A DNA stretch of 64,000 nt from Tubiluchus corallicola (GCA_030141605.1 JAQGDQ010000754.1:37634-101633), one strand, 5' to 3'. Positions 29,139 to 42,382 are shown, counted from the first letter of the stretch. Numbers and translations: made by a program. The notes: generated by a model not told the origin, from the letters alone.

Positions 29139-29497
29139 ATGGACCAAAACATTTCTACCTGCAACAAGCTGTTTGGTGGTTTCCACTTTAGTTCGCTGCT
29201 TAGTCTATGGAACTCCTAAATGAGATTCTATCTCATTAGCTGACGGTCATCATACGAAAATCGACAGCTTAATATATTTCTTATTTAACGTTGATGAGAT
29301 TCTGTGCAACTGTGCAAGCGCATGCGCATAATCAAGCTTTAAAACAATTTATAGTTTATGATTCAAAAGAAACAGCTATAAATCTGATGATGCATAACAT
29401 AAAACTGTCATAGAGTTTTTATATACAGTGATACTCGGGGTCGACTTCCAGAAGGCATGCATTATTAACAAACGATCATCACGCGGCGTGAGCTTAA

Positions 29498-29866
29498 AGG
29501 AAGACAGGATGATTGTTCATATACTACCCCATTTTCAAGTCCGATAAAAAGTTGACATTTTAACACGATAATTAGATAATAGATTGAAAACTTAATTAAC
29601 GGCGGGCGAGCCCAACTAGTGATGACATCACAAACTAACATTATTTTCAATAGCAAAAATATTCCACGAGCGTGTTGTACGTGTTTGCGAGAGGTAAAAT
29701 TGAAGTACAGTGCTACTGTAAGATATTCAGTGTTGTACTAAAACTACACAAGTACAGGTACAGCACCTGTTTTTTGTGCAGTGCCTTTCCGAAATGCAGG
29801 CGCTAGTACCCGTCTAATTAGCGAATGGCCAAATGCATGCAACAGCGAAGAACTAGTGGCGCGAGT
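29498..29866 (-). mobile_element. Partial copy of the Kolobok-like MITE family
   Basis: TTAA|AGGAAGACAGGATG end; collinear with 60734-61220 apart from an internal deletion. Confidence 0.7.
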
Positions 29867-29873
29867 GAACTAG

Positions 29874-31028
29874 TGTGTGTGTGTGTGCGTGCGTGCGTGC
29901 GTGGGTGCGTGTGTGTGTAAAATTGCAGCCATTCTCGTGCAGGCGCCATCTTTGTTCTCAGTCGTGTGTGTGTCTGTAAAATTGTAGCCATTCTCGTGCA
30001 GGCGCCATCTTTGTTCTCAGTCGTGTGTGTGTGTGTGTGTGTAAAATTGCATCCATTCTCGTGCAGGCGCCATCTTTGTTCTCAGTCGTGTGTGTGTGTG
30101 TAAAATTGCAGCCATTCTCGTGCAGGCGCCATCTTTGTTCTCAGTCGTGTGTGTGTGTGTGTGTAAAATTGCAGCCATTCTCGTGCAGGCGCCATCTTTG
30201 TTCTCAGTCGTGTGTGTGTCTGTAAAATTGTAGCCATTCTCGTGCAGGCGCCATCTTTGTTCTCAGTCGTGTGTGTGTGTGTGTGTGTGTGTAAAATTGC
30301 ATCCATTCTCGTGCAGGCGCCATCTTTGTTCTCAGTCGTGTGTGTGTGTGTGTGTAAAATTGCAGCCATTCTCGTGCAGGCGCCATCTTTGTTCTCAGTC
30401 GTGTGTGTGTGTGTGTGTAAAATTGCATCCATTCCCGTGCAGGCGCCATCTTTGTTCTCAGTCGTGTGTGCGTGTGTGTAAAATTGTAGCCATTCCCGTG
30501 CAGGCGCCATCTTTGTTCTCAGTCGTGTGTGTGTGTGTGTGTAAAACTGCATCCATTCCCGTGCAGGCGCCATCTTTGTTCTCAGTCGTGTGCGTGTGTG
30601 TAAATCTGCATCCATTCCCGTGCAGGCGCCATCTTTGTTCTCAGTCGTGTGTGTGTGTGTGTGTGTGTAAAACTGCATCCATCCCCTTGCAGGCGCCATC
30701 TTTGTTCTCAGTCGTGCGTGTGTGTGTGTGTAAAACTGCATCCATTCCCGTGCAGGCGCCATCTTTGTTCTCAGTCGTGTGTGTGTGTGTGTGTAAAACT
30801 GCATCCATTCCCGTGCAGGCGCCATCTTTGTTCTCAGTCGTGCGTGTGTGTGTGTGTGTAAAATTGCAGTCACTCCCCTTGCAGGCGCCATCTTTGTTCT
30901 CACTCGTGCGTGTGTGTGTGTGTGTAAAACTGCATCCATTCCCGTGCAGGCGCCATCTTTGTTCTCACTCGTGTGTGTGTGTGTGTAAAACTGCATCCAT
31001 TCCCGTGCAGGCGCCATCTTTGTTCTCA

Positions 31029-31077
<49 letters not shown>

Positions 31078-31524
31078 AAAACTGCATCCATTCCCCCTTG
31101 CAGGCGCCATCTTTGTTCTCAGTCGTGCGTGTGTGTGTGTGTAAAATTGCAGTCACTCCCCTTGCAGGCGCCATCTTTGTTCTCAGTCGTGTGCGTGTGT
31201 GTGTGTAAATCTGCATCCATTCCCGTGCAGGCGCCATCTTTGTTCTCAGTCGTGTGTGTGTGTGTGTGTAAATCTGCATCCATTCCCGTGCAGGCGCCAT
31301 CTTTGTTCTCAGTCGTGTGCGTGTGTGTGTGTGTGTGTGTGTAAAACTGCAGCCATTCCCCTTGCAGGCGCCATCTTTGTTCTCAGTCGTGCGTGTGCGT
31401 GTGTGTGTAAAACTGCATCCATTCCCCTTGCAGGCGCCATCTTTGTTCTCAGTCGTGTGTGTGTGTGTGTGTGTGTAAAATTGCAGTCACTCCCCTTGCA
31501 GGCGCCATCTTTGTTCTCACTCGT
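29874..31524. repeat. Composite minisatellite: variable (GT)n + ~45-bp core, about 25 copies
   Basis: Core AAAATTGCAGCCATTCTCGTGCAGGCGCCATCTTTGTTCTCAGTC. Confidence 0.95.
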
Positions 31525-32151
31525 AGGCGTTTTCACGTTAAATCGCAGTCCTTCGCTTCAAGAAGATTTCTCTTTGCCAAATTGCCTGTTAATAATTTAT
31601 CAGTACGAGCAGCAGAAATAGTGAGTTTAATTTGCCTTTATTGGCTGCAGTGAAAATCCTATCTCAGATTAACTTCTCACGGACAAACTATCGCACTCTG
31701 CACAGATATTACTCATCCATATAATGGTCAAGAAAGTTTTCTTTCAGAGACTTGTGTCTTTCTGTAGATTACCGTAAATCGACTGGGCGAAACCTATAAG
31801 TAGATTTTTTTACATTTGGGTTTATATGAAAACTTTATTTATTTTGAGTGGATTTACAACACAGTAACTATTACTGATCACAGTATTTGCAGTAATGAAA
31901 TATACAATTAGTTAGTTTGGTATGTAATAACTCAAAATAGTTACTTCAATAATACGACTAGTTCATTAGTTAACACTTAATTAAAATTTACAAAACCCAT
32001 ACAATAGATACGATAACAGAAACGATTCTCGATGTACATAAGGCTATAAGCCCATGTAAAGTGTAAGTTGTAAATTGTAACGTACAATGTTACTACTTAA
32101 TTCAAAAATCCAATACATGTGGAATTAATACAATTAGTGTAGTATTACAGT

Positions 32152-32495
32152 TATTACAGCAGTACGTATAGTTGATTCTAGCATAAGTTGTTTATTAATG
32201 AGTACTTGATTGAATGTACTCATATTACAGCAGTGTACATAGTTGATTCTAGCATAAGTTGTTTATTAATGAGTACTTGATTGAATGTACTCATATTACA
32301 GCAGTACGTATAGTTGATTCTAGCATAAGTTGTTTATTAATGAGTACTTGATTGAATGTACTCATATTACAGCAGTACGTATAGTTGATTCTAGCATAAG
32401 TTGTTTATTAATGAGTACTTGATTGAATGTACTCATATTACAGCAATACATATAGTTGATTCTAGCATAAGTTGTTTATTAATGAAACTTGATTG
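32152..32495. repeat. 71-bp minisatellite, about 5 copies
   Basis: TATTACAGC at 32152, 32223, 32294; internal hairpin ATGAGTAC-N10-GTACTCAT. Confidence 0.95.
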
Positions 32496-33374
32496 AGAGA
32501 CAGTCTACATAATAACTTAAAATACAATTATACGTACAATCAGTTAACAAAACGTTTAGTGGACCTTACATTTGGGTTTCTCTCTCCTTATAGCGCTCCT
32601 TAAAGATTTAATCAATACCCTTAATAGGCTAACTAATTAAGAAGCTGTTTAACACAGGTATAGAGTGATGGAACAGCAAAGCTCATCCACTACTTTCATC
32701 AAGTAACAGAGTCGCTGGACCAATCACAAAATCACAAACGTTTTGAATAGTACCCAATGTCAAATGACCACTGGAAAATGATTGTAGCAACTCCTGATTG
32801 ACAGCTAAAGTATTACATCATTTTTCTGCCTGCCAAATTCTTTGTCCACTTAGAAACAAGATGGCGTTGCGGTCATTTGATAAGTTGAAGGGATAATGGT
32901 TGCAACTGCGTCGCAAATTTACTGTCTAGTGTGTCTACATTAACCTTGGCTGTTGGAAAATTACACAGGCTTCCTAGCCATGGTCCATTTAGCGGAAGAT
33001 TACAGCACATTCTGGGTTAACTAAATTCCGTCGCGTTTCCGTACATCTTCCTTACCTACAAGATAAACGTTTCTAGAAACGTGAAAGGTTAATTAGCCGT
33101 GCTTGAGGCTCAATGCTCAATAAATGTATCAATTCATTCATTTATACTGGCTGTAAATTTCTGTTCAAGCAAAGAGTTCATTGCTGTAATCAGGGCACAG
33201 TTTCAGTGTAACATATGCGCTATTACTGAGATGAAACTAGAACAGCCACTGATAATGTGGCTCACTAAATCCCAGAATTTTTATTGGTACCCACGAATTA
33301 TACTGCACACGAAATTATGTAAAGATCAGATGTTTCGGCAGATTTGCTATCTTCACTATAAACTAAGAATCGTT

Positions 33375-33602
33375 AATGACATCACATGTTGATGGAACAA
33401 TAGAAATAATGACATCACATGTTGATGGAACAATAGAAATAATGACATCACATGTTGATGGAACAATAGAAATAATGACGTCACATGTTGATAGAACAAT
33501 AGAAATAATATCATCACATGTTGATGGAACAATAGAAATAATGACGTCACATGTTGATAGAACAATAAAAATAATGACATCACATGTTGATGGAACAATA
33601 AA
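33375..33602. repeat. 33-bp minisatellite, 7 copies
   Basis: TAATGACATCACATGTTGATGGAACAATAGAAA. Confidence 0.95.
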
Positions 33603-33669
33603 AAGCTGCTATGATCTAATCTGATCTGAACTGATTCAGTTCGATCTGGTTCTTCACCAGTCCTGTACC

Positions 33670-34174
33670 AGTCCAGTTAAGTCTAGTCCAGATTAGCCAC
33701 AAACCGAGCTAACTAAGTCATCCACTCCAATCCAAACCACTCCAGTAGCGTTCAGTCCAGTTAAGTATGGTCCAGATTAGCGACAAACCGAGCTAATTAA
33801 GTCATCCACTCCAATCCAAACCACTCCAGTAGCGTTCAGTCCAGTTAAGTCTGGTCCAGATTAGCGACAAACCGAGCTAACTAAGTCATCCACTCCAATC
33901 CAAACCACTCCAGTAGCGTTCAGTCCAGTTAAGTTTGGTCCAGATTAGCGACAAATCGAGCTAACTAAGTCATCCACTCCAATCCAAACCACTCCAGTAG
34001 CGTTCAGTCCAGTTAAGTCTGGTCCAGATTAGCGACAAACCGAGCTAATTAAGTCATCCACTCCAATCCAAACCACTCCAGTAGCGTTCAGTCCAGTTAA
34101 GTCTGGTCCAGATTAGCGACAAACCGAGCTAACTAAGTCATCCACTCCAATCCAAACCACTCCAGTAGCGTTCA
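33670..34174. repeat. 84-bp minisatellite, 6 copies
   Basis: AGTCCAGTTAAG at 33670, 33754, 33838 and onward. Confidence 0.95.
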
Positions 34175-34334
34175 GTTCAGTCCAGTCCAATCGAATCCAT
34201 TTTATTTCAATCCTGTGCTCATCCACTGTTTAAAAAATCAAACTAAATCTAATCCACCTAACTGGATTTTCAATAAAACCACGTCTGTGTACAAAAGAAT
34301 ACTCTTTTTCGTTTAACCTTACCATTAAGAACAT

Positions 34335-34438
34335 CAGGGCCTATTTCAGAGGGGGGAAGTGGGGATACTTCCCCGGGGCCTCAACCTCCAAGGGGGCCTC
34401 GCACCAATGTAACTTTTTTTAGCTTTATCTCCTCTCTC

Positions 34439-34480
<42 letters not shown>

Positions 34481-34547
34481 CCTTCTTCTCTCTCTCTTTC
34501 TCTCCCTTCTTCTATCTCTCTCTCTCTCTCCCTCTCTCCCTCCCCCC

Positions 34548-34579
<32 letters not shown>

Positions 34580-34592
34580 CCCTCCCTCTCTT

Positions 34593-34670
<78 letters not shown>

Positions 34671-34920
34671 ACCGCACGCACGCCGTTTGCCAGTATTGAC
34701 AAGTATTAAGGACTGGTCTTGAGAATAAAGCAGTTTTTCTTTCAATTGTTCTTTCCTTTAACAACTGTATAACTCCATATTTTCTCTTCGAAAATGCTTC
34801 TCCGGCGTTCTAGCAGTTCAAAAATTTTCTGAGCGTCAACCACGGTAGCGACCGCCCCCCCCTGATGGGACCTCTCACGCCCCACTTCCCCGGGCCTCGC
34901 TTAGGCTGAAATACGCCCTG
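34335..34920. mobile_element. hAT MITE with internal (CT)n (same family as 19466-19939, opposite orientation)
   Basis: TIRs CAGGGCCTATTTCAG / CTGAAATACGCCCTG; perfect 8-bp TSD AAGAACAT (34327-34334, 34921-34928). Confidence 0.9.
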
Positions 34921-35296
34921 AAGAACATCACTGACGTCTCAGTCTTTTTGCTTTTGCACGTGATTCGATTACGAAAGCCCCTATGGTCAAGGCTGACAAA
35001 CAGCTACTGCATTATTGCATTACAACTGATTGAGGCATAATCACACCTAATTATACGCGCCAACAAACAAACGCTTTCAGCTGTAATGGCGTCATCGTGA
35101 CGTCACACGACAATCAATCAGCGGGAAGATTCCACTGATTGTAGTTAAAAATACGGTCGGAGCAGTGTCAAGAGACTAATTAATAGGCAATTAGTAGTAT
35201 TTTTAGTTCTTAATCAGTCTACGTCGCAACTGGTGCTGAACATGTGTCCAGAAAGCTCAAAATAATTCTTGTTGTGTGACAAAAAGAACTAAACGT

Positions 35297-35305
35297 ATCA
35301 TTATT

Positions 35306-35360
<55 letters not shown>

Positions 35361-35692
35361 CCATCACCATCATCATCGTCATCATCAGTAATAGTAGTAG
35401 TAGTAGTAGTAGCAGTAGTAGCAGCAACACCACCACCACCACCACCACCACTACCAGCAGCAGCAGCAACAGCAGTAGCAGCAGCAGTAGCACTAGCAGT
35501 AGCAGTAGCAGTTGTAGTAGCAGCAGCAAGAGCAGCAGCAGCAGTAGTAGTAGCAGTAGCAGTAGCAGTAGCAGTAGCAGTAGCAGTAGCAGTAGTAGTA
35601 GCAGCAGCAAGAGCAGCAGCAGCAGTAGTAGTAGCAGTAGCAGTAGCAGTAGCAGTAGTAGTAGCAGTAGCAGCAGCAAGACAGCAGCAGCA
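35297..35692. repeat. Compound trinucleotide microsatellite (ATC)n/(AGT)n/(AGC)n/(ACC)n
   Basis: Direct reading. Confidence 0.95.
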
Positions 35693-36093
35693 ACAGTCAT
35701 ATCTTATAAAATCTAATACGGTTTTATTTTCGTAAGACGGTTGTTTATTTTTTAACCCAAGAAGCTTACTATACAACACACTACAACCTTTCATTCATGT
35801 TTTACTGTTCATTAAGTATCATCTCTAAAAATAAAAGCACTTTATAGAATGGTGAAAAACGCTGACTCATGGTGGTATTTTTAAAACGTATTCGTTCTTG
35901 ACCTGTGTTGCACCGTATGCGCACGGTTATTTATCATTTGGCATTTTTTGCGATATTTATTATTATTTATTTATTGACCATGGTCAAAGATATATACAAA
36001 AAGTCATAAGAATCGTTTCGAGATAGTTGCAACATTTAAGAAATTTAGGCTGATCATAGTCCATAGATCACTCAATGTATGGTGTAGTAACAA

Positions 36094-39000
36094 TTAGAGA
36101 CCAAAAATGGCTAGAGCATCGTGTACAAAATTACAAATATCAGCGGGATTTCCTCTGAAAAAAGTCACTAAATCATCAAATATTAAATCGGAATTGTTTC
36201 TTAAGATACGTGTTTCAGGGCATTCACATATTACGTGCAGTTCTGTTTGTATTTGTCCACATGAACAGAGTCTTCGCTCTCTTTCAATACGGGACCAACG
36301 ACCGGTTTCTATGGCAAGGTTGTGTGAGGAAAGTCTGAGCCTTGACGTTTTTATCCGTTTCAGTTCATTAACATTGTCACGGTAAATTCGATGGATAGAG
36401 AGTTCAGGGTTTAGTTGTGAGTATGTGACAAATTTCGTACGGTCAGAAGCGCGGATCCTATCTTTGATTCTATTCAGGTCATCATCGATAAAATCACCAC
36501 GGTATCCAGTTATATTACGCAAATATCGAGCACATGGGGTGTTTGACTCGCGACACAAATTGTAAACAATCATAAACGGATCATCAGGAATATTCACTCT
36601 TGAGCGAACAATCTTATTGAAAAAGCGAGATTGGGTGTCCTTCACAAAACCATTCAGGGAGGGAAGGCCCAACTCTATGAGACACAAATCATTAGCAGTT
36701 GTACGTCGCACACCGAGTAAACATTTAATAACACTAATATACATCCCTTGGATAGGATTAAGGTCATTGAATAGCCAAGACTCACATCCGTAAGTAATTG
36801 CAGCAAGTAGCGCGGCTTTTAAAACTAACTTCTTAACTGCAAAAGGATAAGCTGAATTCTTAGAAATAAATGACACGAACTACAGTACGTGACAATATTT
36901 CTCTTCGCAGTGTTTTTCCAGAGCGGGTTTAAATTTTCCTGTTGAGCTAAAGACAGCACCGAGGTAAACGTAATAGTCACAGTGATTAACAGTAAGGGGG
37001 TTCACTACGAGGTCCAGACGATCAACAGCATCGCCATTAATAACCATAAATTTAGTCTTTTTTAAGTTCACCTTCATACCGGATTGATCACAGAACTCAA
37101 TAAGGATACTGAGTTTTTGAATAATACCTTCTCTAGATGTTGACAATAAGATTGTATCATCCATCAACATCAAACAGTGTAAATTTCCTAGGAAACCACA
37201 TCTAGACTTTAATTCACGAATAAGAGGGTTAATATACAGTGTGAAGAGGAAACAGGATGACGGAGAACCCTGCTTCACACCTAATGTAACACCAATAACG
37301 GCAGCACCAAGGACCAGCTGCGTATTCACATACATGGCAGCAAGAGCAGAAAGCATCACAAGACCACAGCCAAGAGCTCTCAAGGCCCTAATCAAACCAG
37401 AACGTGGAACTCTATCGTAAGCTTTCGAGAAGTCTACGAAAACGATATATAATTTCCTCTTTTTAAACAGTGCATAGTCCATTAATAGTCTTAGAGTCAC
37501 AATCCACTCAATGCAGGATCTACCCTTTTGGGCGCCAGCCTGCTCCCTATCGGGTTTGAACCACATCTCTAAACGTTTGCACAAAATTCGATCGTATATT
37601 TTCGCAAGGGAATCCATGATTGACAAACCGCTGTAATTATCGCAGTCCTTACGAGATCCTCTCTTAAAAATAGTAACAAGGCGGCTAAAGCACCACGGAA
37701 TCGGGAAAGATCGCGAAAAGAATATGAAATTCAGAACAAAACACAGGTAATTAATCCAATTATCTGGGATAAAATTGAACACAGCACCAGGAATACCAGA
37801 GGGTCCACCACTACTACTTGATTTACATTCGGAAGCAGCAGAAACAAACTCATCGAAAGCGATCGGATCATCTGTGATAGGGATACTTGGACCATCGCAC
37901 AGTGATAATAAGTCCTCTGGACCATCACGATCTGGGTTGAGAAGATCCTCGAAATGACGTTTGAATTCTTCGCTAGTTGGAGATTCAAAGGATTCAGATT
38001 CAATCGTGTTTCCTTTCCAGTCTATGGCATTCCATATTTCCTTAGAATCATTGAGCTCGAGCATACGGCGCCAACGATCCGTCGGCTGATAACGATTGAT
38101 GAGACGATTCGGAGCTTTACATCTAATCAGTTTATCACGGAAAACATTATTAATATCAGTAACACAACTATTTACATCATCCACATCATCAGGAGGTTCA
38201 ACTGAAGACATCACTCTCTGAAATTCGACACAGTCTGTTTCAGCAATACGGATCTGACGGCTACAATGTTTGCGGTTTGGAGTTTTAACTTCAGCTGCAT
38301 GAGCACCTAAGGCTTCGGATCTGATAAGAAGATTGTGAGGTAAGGCTCCACGAGATAACATGTTGATATCTAAAATCACAGACAGAGGGGCATGATTCGA
38401 AGGTAATCGTAAGTCTTGATTGACAGTGAAATTGACAACACTATCGATTAGTGCAGGAGAAATAAGACAATAGTCTAATTCAGAAATCCAATTCTCACGT
38501 TTTCTATACGTCAGATTACTTTTAAATGTTCTGCCTTTATACTGAATGTTATTTACAACGATTAAAGAGTTAAAAGAATTATAAACAACTTTGGCATTTT
38601 CATTCGGGGATCCAATCGAATCCTCGGAAGCAAGATATCGTGCACCACTGTCACTAACATTACGCAAAAATTTGTTAATAGCAGGCCCGAAACGGGCATT
38701 CAAATCACCAAGTATCACAAATTGATCATGAGGGTTGGACATCATAACTTCGTTGATTTTTGCTAAGCATTCAAGTGAGTGGTAATGAGAGTCAGATGGC
38801 GTGAGATAAACACATACAAAAACAATACCAGGTATATTATTGAGGCGTAGCACAATAACATCGGAACCAAATTCGACCGATTGAATCGAAGAGGCTAGCA
38901 CATTTGAAATCAGTATAGCACAACCACCACGGTGACCAGCTGCTAGATTAGTTCGGAGAGTTTTATACCCAGGCATTGTGAACTTCAACGGAGTTTTGAT

Positions 39001-39150
39001 TTCATTTAAGAATATCATATCAGATTTACATAAACTTTGGCGAACAAAGTTGATCTCCAGTTTATTTTTCACGGCATTAATGTTCCAATGTGTAATACGG
39101 AGTTCAGTGCAACTATCTCGATTGTTTACAAAAAAGACATTGGTTGCCAA
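36094..39150 (-). pseudogene. ORF2 endonuclease-reverse transcriptase (about 1018 codons) with one in-frame stop
   Basis: APE motifs WNIN, LNE, GDLN, LDY, SNH; RT motifs FVDFSKAYD, GVKQG, LMDD, YLG. ORFs 36880..39150 and 36094..36876 are in the same frame, separated by TAG at 36880-36882 (HVL*FVSF). Confidence 0.9.
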
Positions 39151-39885
39151 CTATCAATAACAACACCGTCCCGGGTGATCTCACGCTTTTTCTTGTCAAA
39201 CTCAATATGGCATCCCCGGTTTTCAGGTTTGTCACGTTCGCACTTCTCAGCGTCAAATAGCCGCTTCCATTCGGCACGAACTGCAGGGTGGGTGTCTCGC
39301 TTCACTCTGACTTTTTTCACAGCAGCATTGGCAGACGATTGAAGCTTATTAGCATTCTTCACGACATTGTCCCTTTGGTCATGATTTTCAACAATGACCA
39401 ACACAGGACGATCACGGCCATTCGTAGCTGTACCGAGTCTCTTGTATGAGACGACAGCAGCTTCCACATCCACTACATCAAGAATTTTCCTTATCTTATC
39501 ATCGTCGGAATTAGCACCATCGATATCCTCATTTTCACTTAAGCCCATCATAATTAAGTTCTGGTTTCGGAGACGACCGTCAACCTGCTCCAAAAACCGT
39601 TGTTGATTTTTAACAACTTGACGCAAGACATTCACTTCAGTCTTTAATTCAGAATGTTTGTCTTCAATCTTTTGGGACAATTTTTCCTCCAGATTTTGAA
39701 ATTTAGTGTTAATATTATTAGATAGTTCATCCAGGCGTTTCAACACAGCTGAATCGGCACCACCAGAAGCGGCCGAAGGGGGGGGCAGCCAGTATGATTT
39801 CTATCATATCGTCCTTCGTAATGGCTTTCAGCTTCTTACGGTCACATGCACACAGCTCATCGATACTCTTCGGTTTGTCAGACAT
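39126..39885 (-). pseudogene. ORF1 (coiled coil + L1-ORF1/RRM-like), frameshifted in a G8 run
   Basis: MSDKPKS...ILAAP (ATG 39885) joins PSAASGGADSAVLKRLDEL... if the G8 tract at 39778-39785 is shortened by 1 nt; RNQNLIMMGLSE...KRLG...RPVLV motifs typical of LINE ORF1. Confidence 0.8.
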
Positions 39886-40322
39886 ATTCAACAAATAATG
39901 CAGATACATGTAAACCGTGTAAGATGCTTTGCATTAGGAAGCTGAACACATGGCTTCATTTGACGTATCTCTCCCGTCAAAATTTACACTAGGATCTAGT
40001 AGTTGCAATGCTAAATAGGTTCTGGAGTAAACGCAAAGAAATTACAACGCGTACAAATAGTAAACATCCCACATGTCCTGCTTAGAGATACGCCTACTTT
40101 TGTTGACTACAAGACTTCGTAATGTTGCTGGACCGAATTCCTTGTATTCCACGTAATGAGTGATATACAGGATAGATCCCGTTAAGTTACTGTGTGTCAT
40201 TGAAACACCAAGTGGGCAAACGTGCATGCTTGATGTTTCGTGCCTTGAAAATAATTCTTTTTCTATTTTATTTGAAGTGAAATCATTAATGAAGGTGGAT
40301 ATTACTAGGTGCTAGGTAGTAG

Positions 40323-41230
40323 GTTACTGTATATCAACTGTAAACTTTCACATTCGCAACATAACGCCCATGATCCTTACTCACAGGTCTTGCTTTTGTA
40401 AGACAGAATAAACTTACATGTAGTCACATACGTTACTGTATATCAACTGTAAACTTTCACATTCACAACATAACGCCCATGATCCTTACTCACAGGTCTT
40501 GCTTTTGTAACACAGAATAAACTTACATGTAATCACCTACGTTACTGTATATATATCAACTGTAAACTTTCACGTAACACAGAATAAACTTACATGTAGT
40601 CACATACGTTACTGTATATATATCAACTGTAAACTTTCACATTCACAACATAACGCCCATGATCCTTACTCACAGGTCTTGCTTTTGTAACACAGAATAA
40701 ACTTACATGTAGCCACCTACGTTACTGTATATATATCAACTGTAAACTTTCACATTCACAACATAACGCCCATGATCCTTACTCACAGGTCTTGCTTTTG
40801 TAAGACAGAATAAACTTACATGTAGCCACCTACGTTACTGTATATATATCAACTGTAAACTTTCACATTCACAACATAACGCCCATGATCCTTACTCACA
40901 GGTCTTGCTTTTGTAACACAGAATAAACTTACATGTAGCCACCTACGTTACTGTATATATATCAACTGTAAACTTTCACATTCACAACATAACGCCCATG
41001 ATCCTTACTCACAGGTCTTGCTTTTGTAAGACAGAATAAACTTACATGTAGTCACATACGTTACTGTACATCAACTGTAAACTTTCACATTCACAACATA
41101 ACGTCCATGATCCTTACTCGCAGGTCTTGCTTTTGTAACACAGAATAAACTTACATGTAGCCACCTACGTTACTGTATATATATCAACTGTAAACTTTCA
41201 CGTAAGACAGAATAAACTTACATGTAGTCA
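40323..41230. repeat. 109-113-bp tandem repeat, about 8 copies (two internally deleted)
   Basis: GTTACTGTA at 40323, 40432, 40541, 40608, 40721, 40834 and onward. Confidence 0.95.
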
Positions 41231-41976
41231 TTCACCTACGTTGCATCTTGAAACTTTTTAAAATGTCACAAAATTTTTTTGAATTTGTGTCAGCAAGAAG
41301 CGATTTCAGAGATTCTGGTTGGTTATATAGATATATAAAAATGACACAACCAACGATGAAAAATAATGCACAAGTTATGCACATTTACTTGTATGATAAA
41401 ATAAATGAAAATATTATATGTATAATCAGCCAAAGACTGTTGTAAGCAATAGTGTTAAACTAGAAAAACAAATTTAGCGGCTACATTTATATATCTGGCC
41501 GTTAATGGAATTGTACAATATTTTCTGCAAAGTTATAAATAATAATTAAAGAAATTGAAGAGTTTAAATCGACTGCAAAACGTTTTCTCAACTTTCTCAG
41601 TTCAGAATGGCACCTAATTAGACGTATAGCGCCTAAGCTACATGCAAAAACTGCATGTGTTTTCACAGAGAGCGTCAAATGTGCTGAGCTAAGGGAGGCA
41701 TGAAGCCATGTGCTATCTAGCTGTAAGAAAAGCACAGAGCATTACTGTAATGTGGGAAGCCGTGAAATGCAGGAAAGGTTTTGTTACAGTGGTTATTCAG
41801 AATCTCTACAAACTCCTAGTCTTTGTAAACAAAAGTAGGGCTTTAATAATATCTTCTAAACAATACCCCGCTGTATAGTTCAGGCAATGCTGTTATATAC
41901 AAAGAGTCATTTTCGTATTTCCATTGAAGGTTGCTGTTGAGTTGTTTATCATGTGGAAAGCATATTTTGGCAGAGT

Positions 41977-42382
41977 TTAGATTAGATTAGATTAGATTAG
42001 ATTAGATTAGATTAGATTAGATTAGATTAGATTGGATTGGATTGGATTGGATTGGATTGGATTGGATTGGATTAGATTAGATTAGATTAGGGTAGATTAG
42101 ATTAAATAAGTTTAGATTACATTAGATTAGATTAAATTAGATTAGATTAGATTGGATTGGATTGGATTGGATTAGATTAGATTAGATTAGATTAGATTAG
42201 ATTAGATTAGATTAGATTAGATTAGATTAGATTAGATTAGATTAGATTAGATTAGATTAGATTAGATTAGATTAGATTAGATTAGGTGAGGTGAGGTGAG
42301 GTGAGGTGAGGTGAGGTGAGGTGAGGTGAGGTGAGGTGAGGTGAGGTGAGATGAGATGAGATGAGATTAGATGAGATTAGAT
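41977..42382. repeat. Pentanucleotide microsatellite (ATTAG)n/(ATTGG)n/(GTGAG)n
   Basis: Direct reading. Confidence 0.95.

Larger units (their letters stand above)
35955..39950 (-). mobile_element. Near-full-length two-ORF non-LTR retrotransposon (Proto2/RTEX-like)
   Basis: ORF1 + ORF2 (APE, RT, C-terminal CCHC), short 3' UTR and (TAAA/TAA)n tail at about 35955-35975. The 5' boundary is approximate and no TSD was found. The clade is inferred from the LMDD RT motif and the SSHNLAIETGRW...C..C...H...C tail. Confidence 0.85.

Noticed and set aside
29874-31524. CRISPR-like pattern of a constant repeat with variable spacers
   Set aside because: Spacers are only (GT)n length variants; no cas genes; eukaryotic context.
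35930-40330. TSD and exact 5' end of the Proto2/RTEX-like LINE
   Set aside because: No duplicated flank found by eye; the 5' boundary is left approximate.
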